Of a DNA stretch of 64,000 nucleotides, positions 1-9,023 are shown piece after piece. The DNA is from a virus. The notes beneath the pieces are model-generated. The model saw only the letters and a program-made list of their open reading frames with translations, ran no database searches and was not told the DNA's origin. The position numbers and the translations under genes were made by a program. Every line of letters begins with the position of its first letter. Positions within the stretch are counted from its first letter, which is position 1. The stretch is from the IMG/VR virus record IMGVR_UViG_3300045988_171958, positions 160,001 to 224,000 of that record. The stretch is one strand, 5' to 3'.

Positions 1-23
1 AAACTCTTTAATATAGAATATTC

Positions 24-608
24 ATGGAAAAAGAAATGAATGCAAAAACCCTGGATGATCTTGTAAAAGATATTTTAAGAGAATATCCAGGGTTTGTTGT
101 TCCAGCTAGAGGATTCTGGCCAGAAAATGTGCCAATGATAGAGTATTCAAGAGAAAAAGATGAATACTCATGGGATTGTGACAATAGAAATTGCAAAGGT
201 GAAGTATTTGGAATTCCTGATAATAGATTCAAAACAACAGATTCTACATTGGGTCATACTACTTTAGGTGATTTGAAGTCTATTATAGATGAAGCAATAG
301 AAAAATATGGTTCAGATACAGAAGTAAAGTTTGATGAACATGAATACAAAGCATACAACTGCAATACTAATTACAATGTTAATGTAAATATCATTAAGAA
401 GAAGTATGAAAATAATGATGAGTATTACAAGCGCATTACTAAAGCTCTTGATGAATATAAAGAGAAAGTTAGAAAAGAAAAGCAGTTGAAGAAAGATATT
501 GCTGAATTGAGTTTGATGCTGAATACTGATACTTTACGTACTGCTAATATTGAGAATTCTGATTTATATACATTAGAAAAAATTCTATCAAAATTGAGAG
601 ATGAGTAG
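24..608 (+). CDS. hypothetical protein (194 aa)
   Basis: Long ORF in the + strand gene array; K/E-rich C-terminal tail; no motif recognised. Confidence 0.55.
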   Translation: MEKEMNAKTLDDLVKDILREYPGFVVPARGFWPENVPMIEYSREKDEYSWDCDNRNCKGEVFGIPDNRFKTTDSTLGHTTLGDLKSIIDEAIEKYGSDTEVKFDEHEYKAYNCNTNYNVNVNIIKKKYENNDEYYKRITKALDEYKEKVRKEKQLKKDIAELSLMLNTDTLRTANIENSDLYTLEKILSKLRDE

Positions 609-834
609 TAAGTTCAATAAATATATATTTTATATCGATTCAACTAGACAAACAGTAAACTTTGATTCATTGGATGAAGTCAATGAATATGTTTGTGATA
701 TGACCGGAGTATCAAAAGATCAAGTTGTCATTGTTGATGATGTTGAAGAGAAAGGTCATTCAAATGTATCGGTTAAAGATAAGTTTGGTGATCAGATGAG
801 AGTGGTAGGTTTTGTTTATGGTTCTAGATGGTAA
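601..834 (+). CDS. hypothetical protein (77 aa)
   Basis: ORF overlaps the upstream stop by 8 nt, typical of phage gene packing. Confidence 0.5.
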   Translation: MSSKFNKYIFYIDSTRQTVNFDSLDEVNEYVCDMTGVSKDQVVIVDDVEEKGHSNVSVKDKFGDQMRVVGFVYGSRW

Positions 835-840
835 ATTGTT

Positions 841-1179
841 ATGATTAGCTTAAATTTTCAGCAATTGGATGAAGAGACTATGGTTGCTCTTTATTCTATA
901 GAGTTTGATTCTGGTACTCTATTGAAGTCAATGTTGAATGATATTCAAGAGTTAGAGCAGAATGGAAAATGCCATAGTGTTGGTATTGTACAAATTTACA
1001 ATCACCATGAGTTGTATGATGAACCTATTGTAAAAGTAAAGTATGTAGGTGGTGTTATTTCTAATGATGAATGGAAGAAGATTCCTGTTTGTTTTCTCAA
1101 TAAACCAGTAGAATCGGCTTATATGTTTACCACTACAATAAAGGATGGTAATTATCATATTGCTATTACAGTTAAATAG
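841..1179 (+). CDS. hypothetical protein (112 aa)
   Basis: ORF tightly packed after the previous gene. Confidence 0.5.
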   Translation: MISLNFQQLDEETMVALYSIEFDSGTLLKSMLNDIQELEQNGKCHSVGIVQIYNHHELYDEPIVKVKYVGGVISNDEWKKIPVCFLNKPVESAYMFTTTIKDGNYHIAITVK

Positions 1180-1186
1180 GATTATT

Positions 1187-1771
1187 ATGGAGTTTAAGAA
1201 AGTAAAAGTTTCTAAGAGATGTAATGTTACCATAGAGGAAGATAGATTTGCAATTAATGATCTGGATGGTACAGAAAGATTGGTAGATGATGCTGATACT
1301 TATTATGCATTCAACAAAGCAGTATATTGGGCAGACAATCTCAGAAAGTTTGTTGCAAAAGAATTTGAAGATAAGTATATAACAAGCAATGGTATCAAGA
1401 AAGGTGATATGGTTGCTGTTTCATCCAACATGGAATATGATACCGAGACAAAAGAATTCAAGATAAGTAAGAATTCTCCTGTAAGTATTGGATATTATAT
1501 GGGGTTTGAAGTTACTGGATTTTCTTGGAATGATAAGGTTCCAAAGTTTGGTATCAATATTGATAAAAATTGGCATCGTGGTTGTCAAATCTTAGCTGGT
1601 GGTATAGATGCAGGAGTTGGATTCATTCCATTGGTTAAAGATCATGATACTGAAGAATTCCATATACCTGAAAACAATAAGTGGCTTCATACTACTATAA
1701 GATTGGCAACAGCAGAAGAAATAAAAGAGCATAAAGAAAAGCTAGATGAAATCAAAAAGGCTCTATCTTAA
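1187..1771 (+). CDS. hypothetical protein (194 aa; start moved to ATG 1187)
   Basis: The ORF track starts at 1145 inside the previous gene. ATG 1187 (MEFKKVKV...) follows the TAG stop at 1177-1179. Confidence 0.55.
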   Translation: MEFKKVKVSKRCNVTIEEDRFAINDLDGTERLVDDADTYYAFNKAVYWADNLRKFVAKEFEDKYITSNGIKKGDMVAVSSNMEYDTETKEFKISKNSPVSIGYYMGFEVTGFSWNDKVPKFGINIDKNWHRGCQILAGGIDAGVGFIPLVKDHDTEEFHIPENNKWLHTTIRLATAEEIKEHKEKLDEIKKALS

Positions 1772-1798
1772 ATTTTAATAATATTTAACATTTATATG

Positions 1799-1830
1799 TT
1801 TGAATAATACGTGGCATTTTTACTATTTTA
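1799..1830 (+). promoter_or_regulatory. Bacteroidota-type promoter candidate (TTTGAATAAT ... TACTATTTTA), spacing class 24
   Basis: TTTG at 1799-1802 and CTATTTTA at 1823-1830, upstream of the sigma factor ORF; resembles the repeated cassette but 2 nt longer. Confidence 0.45.
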
Positions 1831-1872
1831 ATTGTATGGAAATACATGTAAAAGTAAAAAGTGCCACGTATT
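1806..1872. repeat. 18/19-bp inverted repeat AATACGTGGCATTTTTAC / GTAAAAAGTGCCACGTATT with 30-nt spacer
   Basis: Arms at 1806-1823 and 1854-1872 (one extra G in the right arm). The right arm contains the GTG 1861 start of the sigma ORF. Confidence 0.7.
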
Positions 1873-3114
1873 AAAGTAACTATAAATAAAGCAAATACAA
1901 AGCGTATTGTTGACTTTGTCAAAACATTGAAAAAGAAATATCCTATATTTGGTCCTTGGATGGGTATAGAAGAAGATTATTTCCTTGCCGACTGGATTCA
2001 ATTGATGAAGGATGAAATCAGAGCTATAAGGGATTGTCATGAAAAGGATATTATTTGTACTTATATAGATGAGGCTTTACGAATAGCTCCATTTATTTCT
2101 AGAACAGATGCAACTACATTATATCTTGCAGCTAAGAAGAAAGCAAGAGCAAGTTTAGTAAAGCAATATACTGATAAGACCTTTGATAACAATATAGACA
2201 GATACTTCAATGAAGTAAAGAAGCAATATATAGAGCATCCTCAAAATGAATGTGATGATTTAGTATTTTGTGATGAGAACAGAGAAATATTCTTGAAGAA
2301 TAATTTGAAGTTAGTTGTAAACTGTGCTAAACGTTATCAGAATCTTGGTATGCCATTTGATGATTTGATTCAAGCTGGTAATGAAGGATTGATAGCAGCA
2401 TTTGACAGATTTGATACATCTAAAGCAAATTTGAGAAATTCTATCAAACAAAAGATAAAGTTGGAATGTGATGAGAATAGTCCTATATGTTATGAAAAGG
2501 CTAAGAATATAATAAAAGAAGGATTTACTTATGATAAGCTTCTTGATGAAACATTAAGTAAATTACCTGTTGATGGATTCAACAATACATCAGAATTCTA
2601 TTCTTGGGTCGATAAGAATGTAAAGACTGCAGTGTTTGCTTCTGTTGCATTTCAATGGATTCGTGCAAGCATATTAGTAGATATATCAAGACAAGGTCAG
2701 GTTGTAAGAGTACCTAATGCTGGTAAAGGAACAAAATTAGCTGATATAATAAGATTGGATGGAATCAATCCTTATACAGATGATTGTTATCATGACAATG
2801 ATATAAGCAAGATGGCTAATGATGAATTCATCATTGAAGACAATAAGTTAGATGAAGAAGAACGTATATCTAGTTTGAGAAATGCTATAGATGAATTGTT
2901 GGAACCATTGTCACCTACGGCAAAGAGGATGATGAAGAAACGATATGGTGTTGGTATGCCTTACAGTATGTCAGTATCAGAACTTGCAGAAAATGAAGGT
3001 GTTTCTCTATCAACAGTTAAGATGACTTTGAAAGATGCAACTGATAAGATATTAGAAAATATGACCCCAGAAAAGAAAGAAATCATCATGAATATGATGA
3101 ATGGTAATAACTAA
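1861..3114 (+). CDS. sigma-70 family RNA polymerase sigma factor (417 aa; start uncertain, GTG 1861)
   Basis: Region 2 [35 protein letters not shown]; region 2.4-like [19 protein letters not shown]; C-terminal region 4 [26 protein letters not shown]. Confidence 0.8.
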   Translation: MPRIKVTINKANTKRIVDFVKTLKKKYPIFGPWMGIEEDYFLADWIQLMKDEIRAIRDCHEKDIICTYIDEALRIAPFISRTDATTLYLAAKKKARASLVKQYTDKTFDNNIDRYFNEVKKQYIEHPQNECDDLVFCDENREIFLKNNLKLVVNCAKRYQNLGMPFDDLIQAGNEGLIAAFDRFDTSKANLRNSIKQKIKLECDENSPICYEKAKNIIKEGFTYDKLLDETLSKLPVDGFNNTSEFYSWVDKNVKTAVFASVAFQWIRASILVDISRQGQVVRVPNAGKGTKLADIIRLDGINPYTDDCYHDNDISKMANDEFIIEDNKLDEEERISSLRNAIDELLEPLSPTAKRMMKKRYGVGMPYSMSVSELAENEGVSLSTVKMTLKDATDKILENMTPEKKEIIMNMMNGNN

Positions 3115-3129
3115 ATAATTCGGATAATT

Positions 3130-3711
3130 ATGTATTGGAAATTTTATAATTTATTTAAAATTGATTGGGAAAATCCATTAGAAATATGGGAGAAGTATGG
3201 AAGAAAATACTTCATAAAGCCAAAGATGAAATTTAGATTTTGGCAAAAGTACCATGGTGTAGATCCAATGAATATATTAGAAATATATGGAGTTGGATTA
3301 GGTTGGAAAAGCAAATATGGGATGCTCGAATATGAAGAAGACCCATATATAGAAATTACTTTGTTTAAACATATTTCTCTTCATATTGATTTTCTAGCAC
3401 CAAAATATAATGAAAAGAGAGATGGAGAGGTATTTGATGTTTGCTATTGGGAAGGCATTCTTTCCATGATGAACAATGTCAATAGCATAACAGGAGAACT
3501 AAAGAAGCCAGAAGAAGATGCATTATATGATTCGTATGTAGAAAATCAATGGTTTGGTTGCTATAATAAAGAAAAGGAAGAATATCCAGCACAAAAAACA
3601 ATTAGGCCATTCTTGAAACCATTAGGTAAGCATATATTGGATATAAAGATAAGAGAAGCACAAGTAAAAGAAGCAAGAGAAAATGGAACATTGAATCATA
3701 ATCATTGGTAA
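3130..3711 (+). CDS. hypothetical protein (193 aa)
   Basis: Long ORF, W/Y-rich; no motif recognised. Confidence 0.55.
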   Translation: MYWKFYNLFKIDWENPLEIWEKYGRKYFIKPKMKFRFWQKYHGVDPMNILEIYGVGLGWKSKYGMLEYEEDPYIEITLFKHISLHIDFLAPKYNEKRDGEVFDVCYWEGILSMMNNVNSITGELKKPEEDALYDSYVENQWFGCYNKEKEEYPAQKTIRPFLKPLGKHILDIKIREAQVKEARENGTLNHNHW

Positions 3712-3715
3712 AAAT

Positions 3716-3952
3716 CTACCGATAAATAAATGACAAACCATTCATGCCACCATCAACTTTTACTATTCTGTTCTTTTCTTTTACATATATGATACAGATA
3801 TTTGATGGTTGTTCAATTTTATATACTATTCCACTAGCATGAAAATTTGGAAATAGATCACATGAGGCTATCATTTCAACATTCTTTCCTAATATCATAG
3901 GTTGTAATGATGAAAGAGGTAGCCCTTGTATTTTTTTATAATTTTGATTCAT
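3716..3952 (-). CDS. hypothetical protein (78 aa), isolated minus-strand ORF
   Basis: Fills an otherwise 320-nt gap and has protein-like composition, but no terminator separates it from the convergent gene. Confidence 0.35.
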   Translation of the reverse strand: MNQNYKKIQGLPLSSLQPMILGKNVEMIASCDLFPNFHASGIVYKIEQPSNICIIYVKEKNRIVKVDGGMNGLSFIYR

Positions 3953-3956
3953 TTTA

Positions 3957-3990
3957 TTTGAAATTTCTGATATGTATTCTATATTTATTA
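3957..3990 (+). promoter_or_regulatory. repeated promoter cassette TTTGAAATTT-N12-TTCTATATTT
   Basis: TTTG at 3957 and CTAT at 3979 (offset 22), about 45 nt upstream of ATG 4033. Confidence 0.65.
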
Positions 3991-4032
3991 TGTATAAAAA
4001 TTAACGACATTGTAACATCAATTAAGAAATAA

Positions 4033-4320
4033 ATGGAAAAGACTTGGAAAGAACTATTAGGTTCTAGATGGGATAAGTTGTTGAAACTTAAAAGAGAATC
4101 AACAGATCCTTATGTAAAAGATTTCAGATGTCCAGAATGCAATACATTAGATACTAATCATGTAATTGGTTGGTGTGATAGTGGAGATATTGGATTGATG
4201 ATGATAAATGAATGTCCTAGATGTGGTACAAAATACCGTTTTCATGGTACTACTACAGGAAGATGGAATCTTGATTCATTTATTGGTGATTTGTATACTC
4301 AATTATCTGTACAGAAATAA
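4033..4320 (+). CDS. zinc-ribbon protein (95 aa)
   Basis: CPEC...CPRC cysteine pairs. Confidence 0.55.
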   Translation: MEKTWKELLGSRWDKLLKLKRESTDPYVKDFRCPECNTLDTNHVIGWCDSGDIGLMMINECPRCGTKYRFHGTTTGRWNLDSFIGDLYTQLSVQK

Positions 4321-4332
4321 AATTGTTTTAAG

Positions 4333-4842
4333 ATGAATAATAAATTATTACAATGGATTAGAGCAAATTTGCTTGGAATTTTTGGATGTATGTATCTTCC
4401 AAAGAAAGATGCAAAGAACAATTTGATAGTGTGTGACATATCATTTTTTGTTATCTATACAGTTGTTGCTATTACAACAGTAGTTTTCTTTACAACTATT
4501 ATCTGTCACAGTAACATACCTAGTCTAGAAAAGATGTGCGAAACAGAAAGATTCTGGTGGGCATTTTATCAATGTGCAAATATCTGTGTAATATTCTATT
4601 TTATTGTAAATATATTTAGATGGGTATTCAAGTCTGAAAACAGATATAACTATGAAGATATAACAGGAAATACAATAATTGAAAGCTTCTACTGTGCTCC
4701 ATTCATTTCTTATAGTAAGTTTACACAATATTATAATGAGAATGAAAGAAGAAACAGATCAAAGCAGAATGTATTGAATAAATGTGCAGAGGAAGATTTG
4801 CAATCAGATATTAATAAATTAATTCATAAATTAAGTAAATAA
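4333..4842 (+). CDS. membrane protein (169 aa)
   Basis: Several hydrophobic stretches (ISFFVIYTVVAITTVVFFTTII; ANICVIFYFIVNIF). Confidence 0.5.
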   Translation: MNNKLLQWIRANLLGIFGCMYLPKKDAKNNLIVCDISFFVIYTVVAITTVVFFTTIICHSNIPSLEKMCETERFWWAFYQCANICVIFYFIVNIFRWVFKSENRYNYEDITGNTIIESFYCAPFISYSKFTQYYNENERRNRSKQNVLNKCAEEDLQSDINKLIHKLSK

Positions 4843-4844
4843 AA

Positions 4845-5603
4845 ATGGAAATGGTAACAAATGTAATTTTAGGTGTTGTAATTGTAGTTGTAACTTTCTT
4901 GGTAGTATGTTATCTTAGCGGAAGAAAGAAAGCCAATTACAAGAAGAGTTCTGGTGAGAAGCTAGCATGTACTCTTCAGAAGAAGTTTTCACATTATATG
5001 GATGATTTGAATCGTAAGTTGCGAACACCAGAAGATATCCAGCAAGAGATGCTTGATGCATTGGATGATTACAAAGCTGCTAAGGTTGATGAAGTAAAGA
5101 AAGTAATTGTAAATCTTACAAATACAGAGACAAACATCAATAGCAATATCACTAAGCTACAGAATGCAAAGCAGAATATTGTATCATCTATCTTGAAGAT
5201 GAAGGAAAATCCTGAATCAGATCCTAATGTTGGTGGTCAGATGGTAATGCAAGTAGAACAGCTTGATAAGTCAATTGCTGCATCTCAGAAATCATTGGAT
5301 AATTTGAGGAATCAGGTAATGAGTGTCAATGCAACAATGGCTAAGCTTAGCAACAAGATTGAGATGAAGCGAGCAGAGGTACTTACATTGATTTCAACTT
5401 ATATTGCTAATTCATGTTCTAAGGCAGTTAAGTTTGATATTGACTTGAGTGATTTGATGGGTGACTATACTAATGAAATGACTGTAATGGAGCGAACAAG
5501 TAAGATTGATGAGATTGCAGAAGCTAAGGTAACTGATGTTCCTGATGATACTAATGTTCTTGCTCCACAGGAGTATATTGACAAGTACAAGAACTTCAAG
5601 TAA
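4845..5603 (+). CDS. N-terminally anchored coiled-coil protein (252 aa)
   Basis: N-terminal TM VILGVVIVVVTFLVVCYL, then long heptad-like polar sequence. Confidence 0.55.
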   Translation: MEMVTNVILGVVIVVVTFLVVCYLSGRKKANYKKSSGEKLACTLQKKFSHYMDDLNRKLRTPEDIQQEMLDALDDYKAAKVDEVKKVIVNLTNTETNINSNITKLQNAKQNIVSSILKMKENPESDPNVGGQMVMQVEQLDKSIAASQKSLDNLRNQVMSVNATMAKLSNKIEMKRAEVLTLISTYIANSCSKAVKFDIDLSDLMGDYTNEMTVMERTSKIDEIAEAKVTDVPDDTNVLAPQEYIDKYKNFK

Positions 5604-5617
5604 ATATTATATAGATT

Positions 5618-5926
5618 ATGAGATATATCAATAGAAAAGTAAACTGGAAAAATGAATATGGGTTTTCATTTGAATGCTATATTGGTGAAAAGAGTCATAT
5701 CACCCAGTTCATGGTAGAACATAAAATGTTCCCAGGAAATAGAATAGTTGCTTATACAGAGATGCGACCAATGAATAAAGGATGGAATTCTCCTAACTCA
5801 TTGGATATTAAAGTGACAATTTCTAATGGTGGACATGTTGTTGATCAGTTTGTTATTGACCAAGGTACATTTTGTAAAATTATGTCAAATGTTTATTATG
5901 ACAGAATTTCAAAATCATTGAATTGA
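5618..5926 (+). CDS. hypothetical protein (102 aa)
   Basis: ORF followed by a hairpin. Confidence 0.5.
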   Translation: MRYINRKVNWKNEYGFSFECYIGEKSHITQFMVEHKMFPGNRIVAYTEMRPMNKGWNSPNSLDIKVTISNGGHVVDQFVIDQGTFCKIMSNVYYDRISKSLN

Positions 5927-5930
5927 TACA

Positions 5931-5958
5931 ACAAAGGATGGTAATTACCATCCTTTGT
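5931..5958 (+). terminator. stem-loop ACAAAGGATGG-taatt-CCATCCTTTGT
   Basis: 11-12 bp stem just after stop 5926; weak T tract. Confidence 0.5.
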
Positions 5959-5970
5959 TCGTATAAATAA

Positions 5971-6000
5971 TTTGAAATTTTTCATTTTATTTCTATTTTA
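5971..6000 (+). promoter_or_regulatory. repeated promoter cassette TTTGAAATTT-N12-TTCTATTTTA
   Basis: TTTG at 5971, CTAT at 5993 (offset 22), upstream of ATG 6026. Confidence 0.65.
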
Positions 6001-6025
6001 ATAATGTACAAAAATTATTAATAAA

Positions 6026-6544
6026 ATGAGAAAATATTTAGTGAATTATCGCGAATTAAATCCTACAGTATGTACCTCTTATACTGAATATACAACTATC
6101 TATGAAACAGAAGGTATGATGACTCAAGAAGATGTTGAAGCTTTTGAAGAAGCTAAGACTAAAGAACGTGAAAGAATAGTTACAATGGTAAGTTTTCACG
6201 AACTTGGTTATGCTAAGCCAAAGAAAGAACCATTGCCACGATTAGTTGCATTCGTCTTATATGATACATTGTACAATGAAAAGGTACTTGTCTATACTAA
6301 TGAGACAGAAGTAGAAAAGTATTATGTAGATGAGAATACTGGTGATAAGTTCATTGTATTGATTGATCCTAAAACAGGTAAGAAACGTGAATACTATTGT
6401 GCAGAAAATGGTATCTTCTTTGGTAATGAAGATATTCATAAAGTATGTCCAATTAGTTGGTTGACAAAATATGAAAGATGGTACTTATTCAGTATGGAAT
6501 ATGAACATTACAAGCATACTAATACCTATGAACCACATGATTAA
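6026..6544 (+). CDS. hypothetical protein (172 aa)
   Basis: Long ORF downstream of a promoter cassette. Confidence 0.55.
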   Translation: MRKYLVNYRELNPTVCTSYTEYTTIYETEGMMTQEDVEAFEEAKTKERERIVTMVSFHELGYAKPKKEPLPRLVAFVLYDTLYNEKVLVYTNETEVEKYYVDENTGDKFIVLIDPKTGKKREYYCAENGIFFGNEDIHKVCPISWLTKYERWYLFSMEYEHYKHTNTYEPHD

Positions 6545-6572
6545 AATATAAAAATATATAAAGGAAGGAAAA

Positions 6573-7040
6573 ATGATCGAGAAAGAAAAATTCGATGAAT
6601 TGCAGAAAAGGCAAGATGATCTGCGATTAGAAAGAAATAAGTTAGCAGATGAACAACAGAAGATTCAGAAGCAGATTGATGAAATTGAAATTCAGAAATA
6701 TGATGTTGAACGTTTTGTTGGAAAGATCATAATTACAAAGAAGATGTTAGGTGCAGTATATGTTTCTACTAACTATATGATTGTTGATAGAGTAGAACGT
6801 TTGTATAATGGACCACGGTTTTATGGTAAGTCTATTGAAATCTGTTTTTCTAATTCTACTGCTATTGGTAACAGTATTTGTATGTATGAAAGATCAGAAT
6901 ATTCAGGTATTGCTTGGTCCGGAGTAGATGCTATAGATGATACTACTACACCAGAACAGTTGAAAGCAACTATCAATAAGCTTTTGAATGCATTTGATTA
7001 CGGGGATGAACTAAATAAATTGAAGACAAAACATGGGTGA
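6573..7040 (+). CDS. hypothetical protein with N-terminal coiled coil (155 aa)
   Basis: ORF; N-terminal heptad-like segment ELQKRQDDLRLERNKLADEQQKIQKQIDEIE. Confidence 0.55.
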   Translation: MIEKEKFDELQKRQDDLRLERNKLADEQQKIQKQIDEIEIQKYDVERFVGKIIITKKMLGAVYVSTNYMIVDRVERLYNGPRFYGKSIEICFSNSTAIGNSICMYERSEYSGIAWSGVDAIDDTTTPEQLKATINKLLNAFDYGDELNKLKTKHG

Positions 7041-7269
7041 TCCACAGTATTTTGACCAAAAAACATATTGGAGTATAAAATGGTATAATTTGATGATTGT
7101 CAATATTGTCATTTTATTGTTTTATTCTGTAATATTACCAATACCATATACAGCATATATTGTTCTGTTCTTTGTTGTAAGTTGGTTATTTTATGTAATT
7201 AAGTATCTCGAATTGAGAGAAGAGAAAAAGAAAGAGAAGAAAGATGAGTTGGAAAGCATTGATAAATAA
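7033..7269 (+). CDS. small membrane protein (78 aa)
   Basis: Two hydrophobic helices, K/E-rich tail. Confidence 0.45.
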   Translation: MGDPQYFDQKTYWSIKWYNLMIVNIVILLFYSVILPIPYTAYIVLFFVVSWLFYVIKYLELREEKKKEKKDELESIDK

Positions 7270-7510
7270 CAGAATTAAGAAAATTGACAGATGGTTATCA
7301 AATATTTTTGTATGGGTTCTCGCAATGACTGTCTTGTTTATATGGGCAACAAAAGTATTTATTGAATTCTTTCCATTCATTTTGATAATATCATTGCCAT
7401 TCTTGATTTTGTTTGATATTTGGATTGGATTCTTCTATATCTATTATATAGGAATATTCTTGTTATGTGGATATCGAGCATACTATGAATTGGATAATCA
7501 TCAAATTTGA
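7244..7510 (+). CDS. small membrane protein (88 aa)
   Basis: Hydrophobic helices; the stop codon lies inside a 38-bp perfect palindrome. Confidence 0.45.
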   Translation: MSWKALINNRIKKIDRWLSNIFVWVLAMTVLFIWATKVFIEFFPFILIISLPFLILFDIWIGFFYIYYIGIFLLCGYRAYYELDNHQI

Positions 7511-7524
7511 TGATTATCCAATTC
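7487..7524. terminator. 38-bp perfect palindrome (19-bp arms, no loop)
   Basis: GAATTGGATAATCATCAAA|TTTGATGATTATCCAATTC, encloses stop 7508-7510. Confidence 0.6.
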
Positions 7525-7564
7525 TTATAAATCTATTTTTACTTAAATCGATTTAAATAAAGGA

Positions 7565-7972
7565 ATGAAAAACTTAACGGAATACATAACAGAAGCAGGA
7601 TTTGATTCTAATGTTCAAAAGGCAAAAAATAGAGAAATTATCAATAAGTATTTTACTGATTTTACTATTTCTGCGGCATTTCCTATCAAGAGACAGAAGA
7701 ACTATAAGAAATATTTTGACTATATGTATCGTTGTGAAATTTCTAAGAAAGAAGAAATTGATAAATTCTATGATGCATTATGCAAAATGTATGATGAAAC
7801 TGGCCAAGAATATAAGCAAAATGATATTGATAGAAGAAAGGAAATTGACAAGAATCAATGGAATTCTAGCCTTGAATTGACTAAGGAACTTGCAAAGACT
7901 ATGGGTGTTCCAGTGGATAGCATGCCAGTCCAATCATTATCATTTAGTATACGAACAAATCCAGATTTTTAA
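7565..7972 (+). CDS. hypothetical protein with CTS-like N-terminus (135 aa)
   Basis: N-terminus MKNLTEYITE|A resembles the T4 capsid targeting sequence MKTYQEFIAE. Confidence 0.6.
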   Translation: MKNLTEYITEAGFDSNVQKAKNREIINKYFTDFTISAAFPIKRQKNYKKYFDYMYRCEISKKEEIDKFYDALCKMYDETGQEYKQNDIDRRKEIDKNQWNSSLELTKELAKTMGVPVDSMPVQSLSFSIRTNPDF

Positions 7973-7989
7973 ATAAAGAATTTGATATT

Positions 7990-8412
7990 ATGAAGAGCTT
8001 AACAAAATGCGTTGATGAAAGTTGTCAACAGATGACATCATATATGATAAATGAAGCCAAGACTAAAGGAGAGGTTTATAAATATGAAGAGGCTAAAGAT
8101 AATGATAATCCTTCAAAATTCAAAGATAGAATTCAGCTTATTGGACATGAAGGAAAATGGATGAGAGAAAACTTTGGCCCTATCTATATCGAAATGGTGA
8201 CAAATTTGGCTAGAAAGTCAAAAGATCAATTCCTTGCTGATTGCGATACTACAATCAAAGCTTATAACCAAAAAGCAAAATGGTGTGAGATACTCGCATG
8301 GGATCAAGATGAAAATGACTTTGTACAGTTTGCAGCAACTGGTAGAGGTACTGAAATGTGGCATCCTGACTTCATTGAAAATAATCAAGAATTTCATAGA
8401 CTATTCAGATAA
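7990..8412 (+). CDS. hypothetical protein with CTS-like N-terminus (140 aa)
   Basis: N-terminus MKSLTKCVDE|S. Confidence 0.6.
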   Translation: MKSLTKCVDESCQQMTSYMINEAKTKGEVYKYEEAKDNDNPSKFKDRIQLIGHEGKWMRENFGPIYIEMVTNLARKSKDQFLADCDTTIKAYNQKAKWCEILAWDQDENDFVQFAATGRGTEMWHPDFIENNQEFHRLFR

Positions 8413-8414
8413 CT

Positions 8415-9023
8415 ATGGAAAAGAAAGATTGTAATATTATGATTGGTAGATTTATGCCATTTCATAAAGGTCATGCTAGTGTACTTCAAGCTTTATATAA
8501 AGAAAACGGTTATCCTTGTGTAGTATGTTGTGTTACAAATACTAAATTTGATGCAAAGCATCCATTTTCAGACGATTTGATAGAAAAGGAATTTGATACT
8601 TGCTTGAAGGGTGAAGATTATTACCTCGATAAGATAATGATTAAGTCAGCTGCTATTGATAAAGTCGGTGAAGAATTAGCAAAGAAAGGCTATGGGGCTC
8701 ATTTATGGGGTTGTGGCACCGATAGAGAGAAGCAGTATCAAAGAATGGCTACTAACAAGAAGTACTTGACTGATTTTCCTGATGACTTTAAGTTATTTGT
8801 TGTAAAGAGAGATGAACAGTCATCTAATGTTGATGGTATATCAGCAACTAAAGTAAGACAAGCTATTAAAGATGATGATAAGGCTGCATTTGTAAAGATG
8901 ATGCCAGATGGTGCACAGAAATTGTTCAATGAGTTTAAAGAAGAACTTAGTAAAGTGAATGAAAGTAAATGTTGTCACCTCGGTGAATATATAAGTAATG
9001 AAAACTATTTTGATATCGAGTAA
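8415..9023 (+). CDS. cytidylyltransferase-fold nucleotidyltransferase, NMN adenylyltransferase-like (202 aa)
   Basis: GRFMPFHKGH (HxGH motif) and ISATKVRQAI (ISxTxxR motif). Confidence 0.7.
   Translation: MEKKDCNIMIGRFMPFHKGHASVLQALYKENGYPCVVCCVTNTKFDAKHPFSDDLIEKEFDTCLKGEDYYLDKIMIKSAAIDKVGEELAKKGYGAHLWGCGTDREKQYQRMATNKKYLTDFPDDFKLFVVKRDEQSSNVDGISATKVRQAIKDDDKAAFVKMMPDGAQKLFNEFKEELSKVNESKCCHLGEYISNENYFDIE

Noticed and set aside
1145-1186. Upstream extensions of ORF starts (1145 for 1187; 35731 for 35833; 16655 for 16685; 54261 for 54279)
   Set aside because: The extensions overlap the preceding gene or a promoter, or use non-ATG codons. For 35833, the paralog alignment supports the downstream ATG.
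7602-7880. 92-aa alternate-frame ORF inside 7565..7972, and 8234..8434 inside 7990..8412
   Set aside because: They are nested in longer ORFs that have better starts and the shared N-terminal leader motif.
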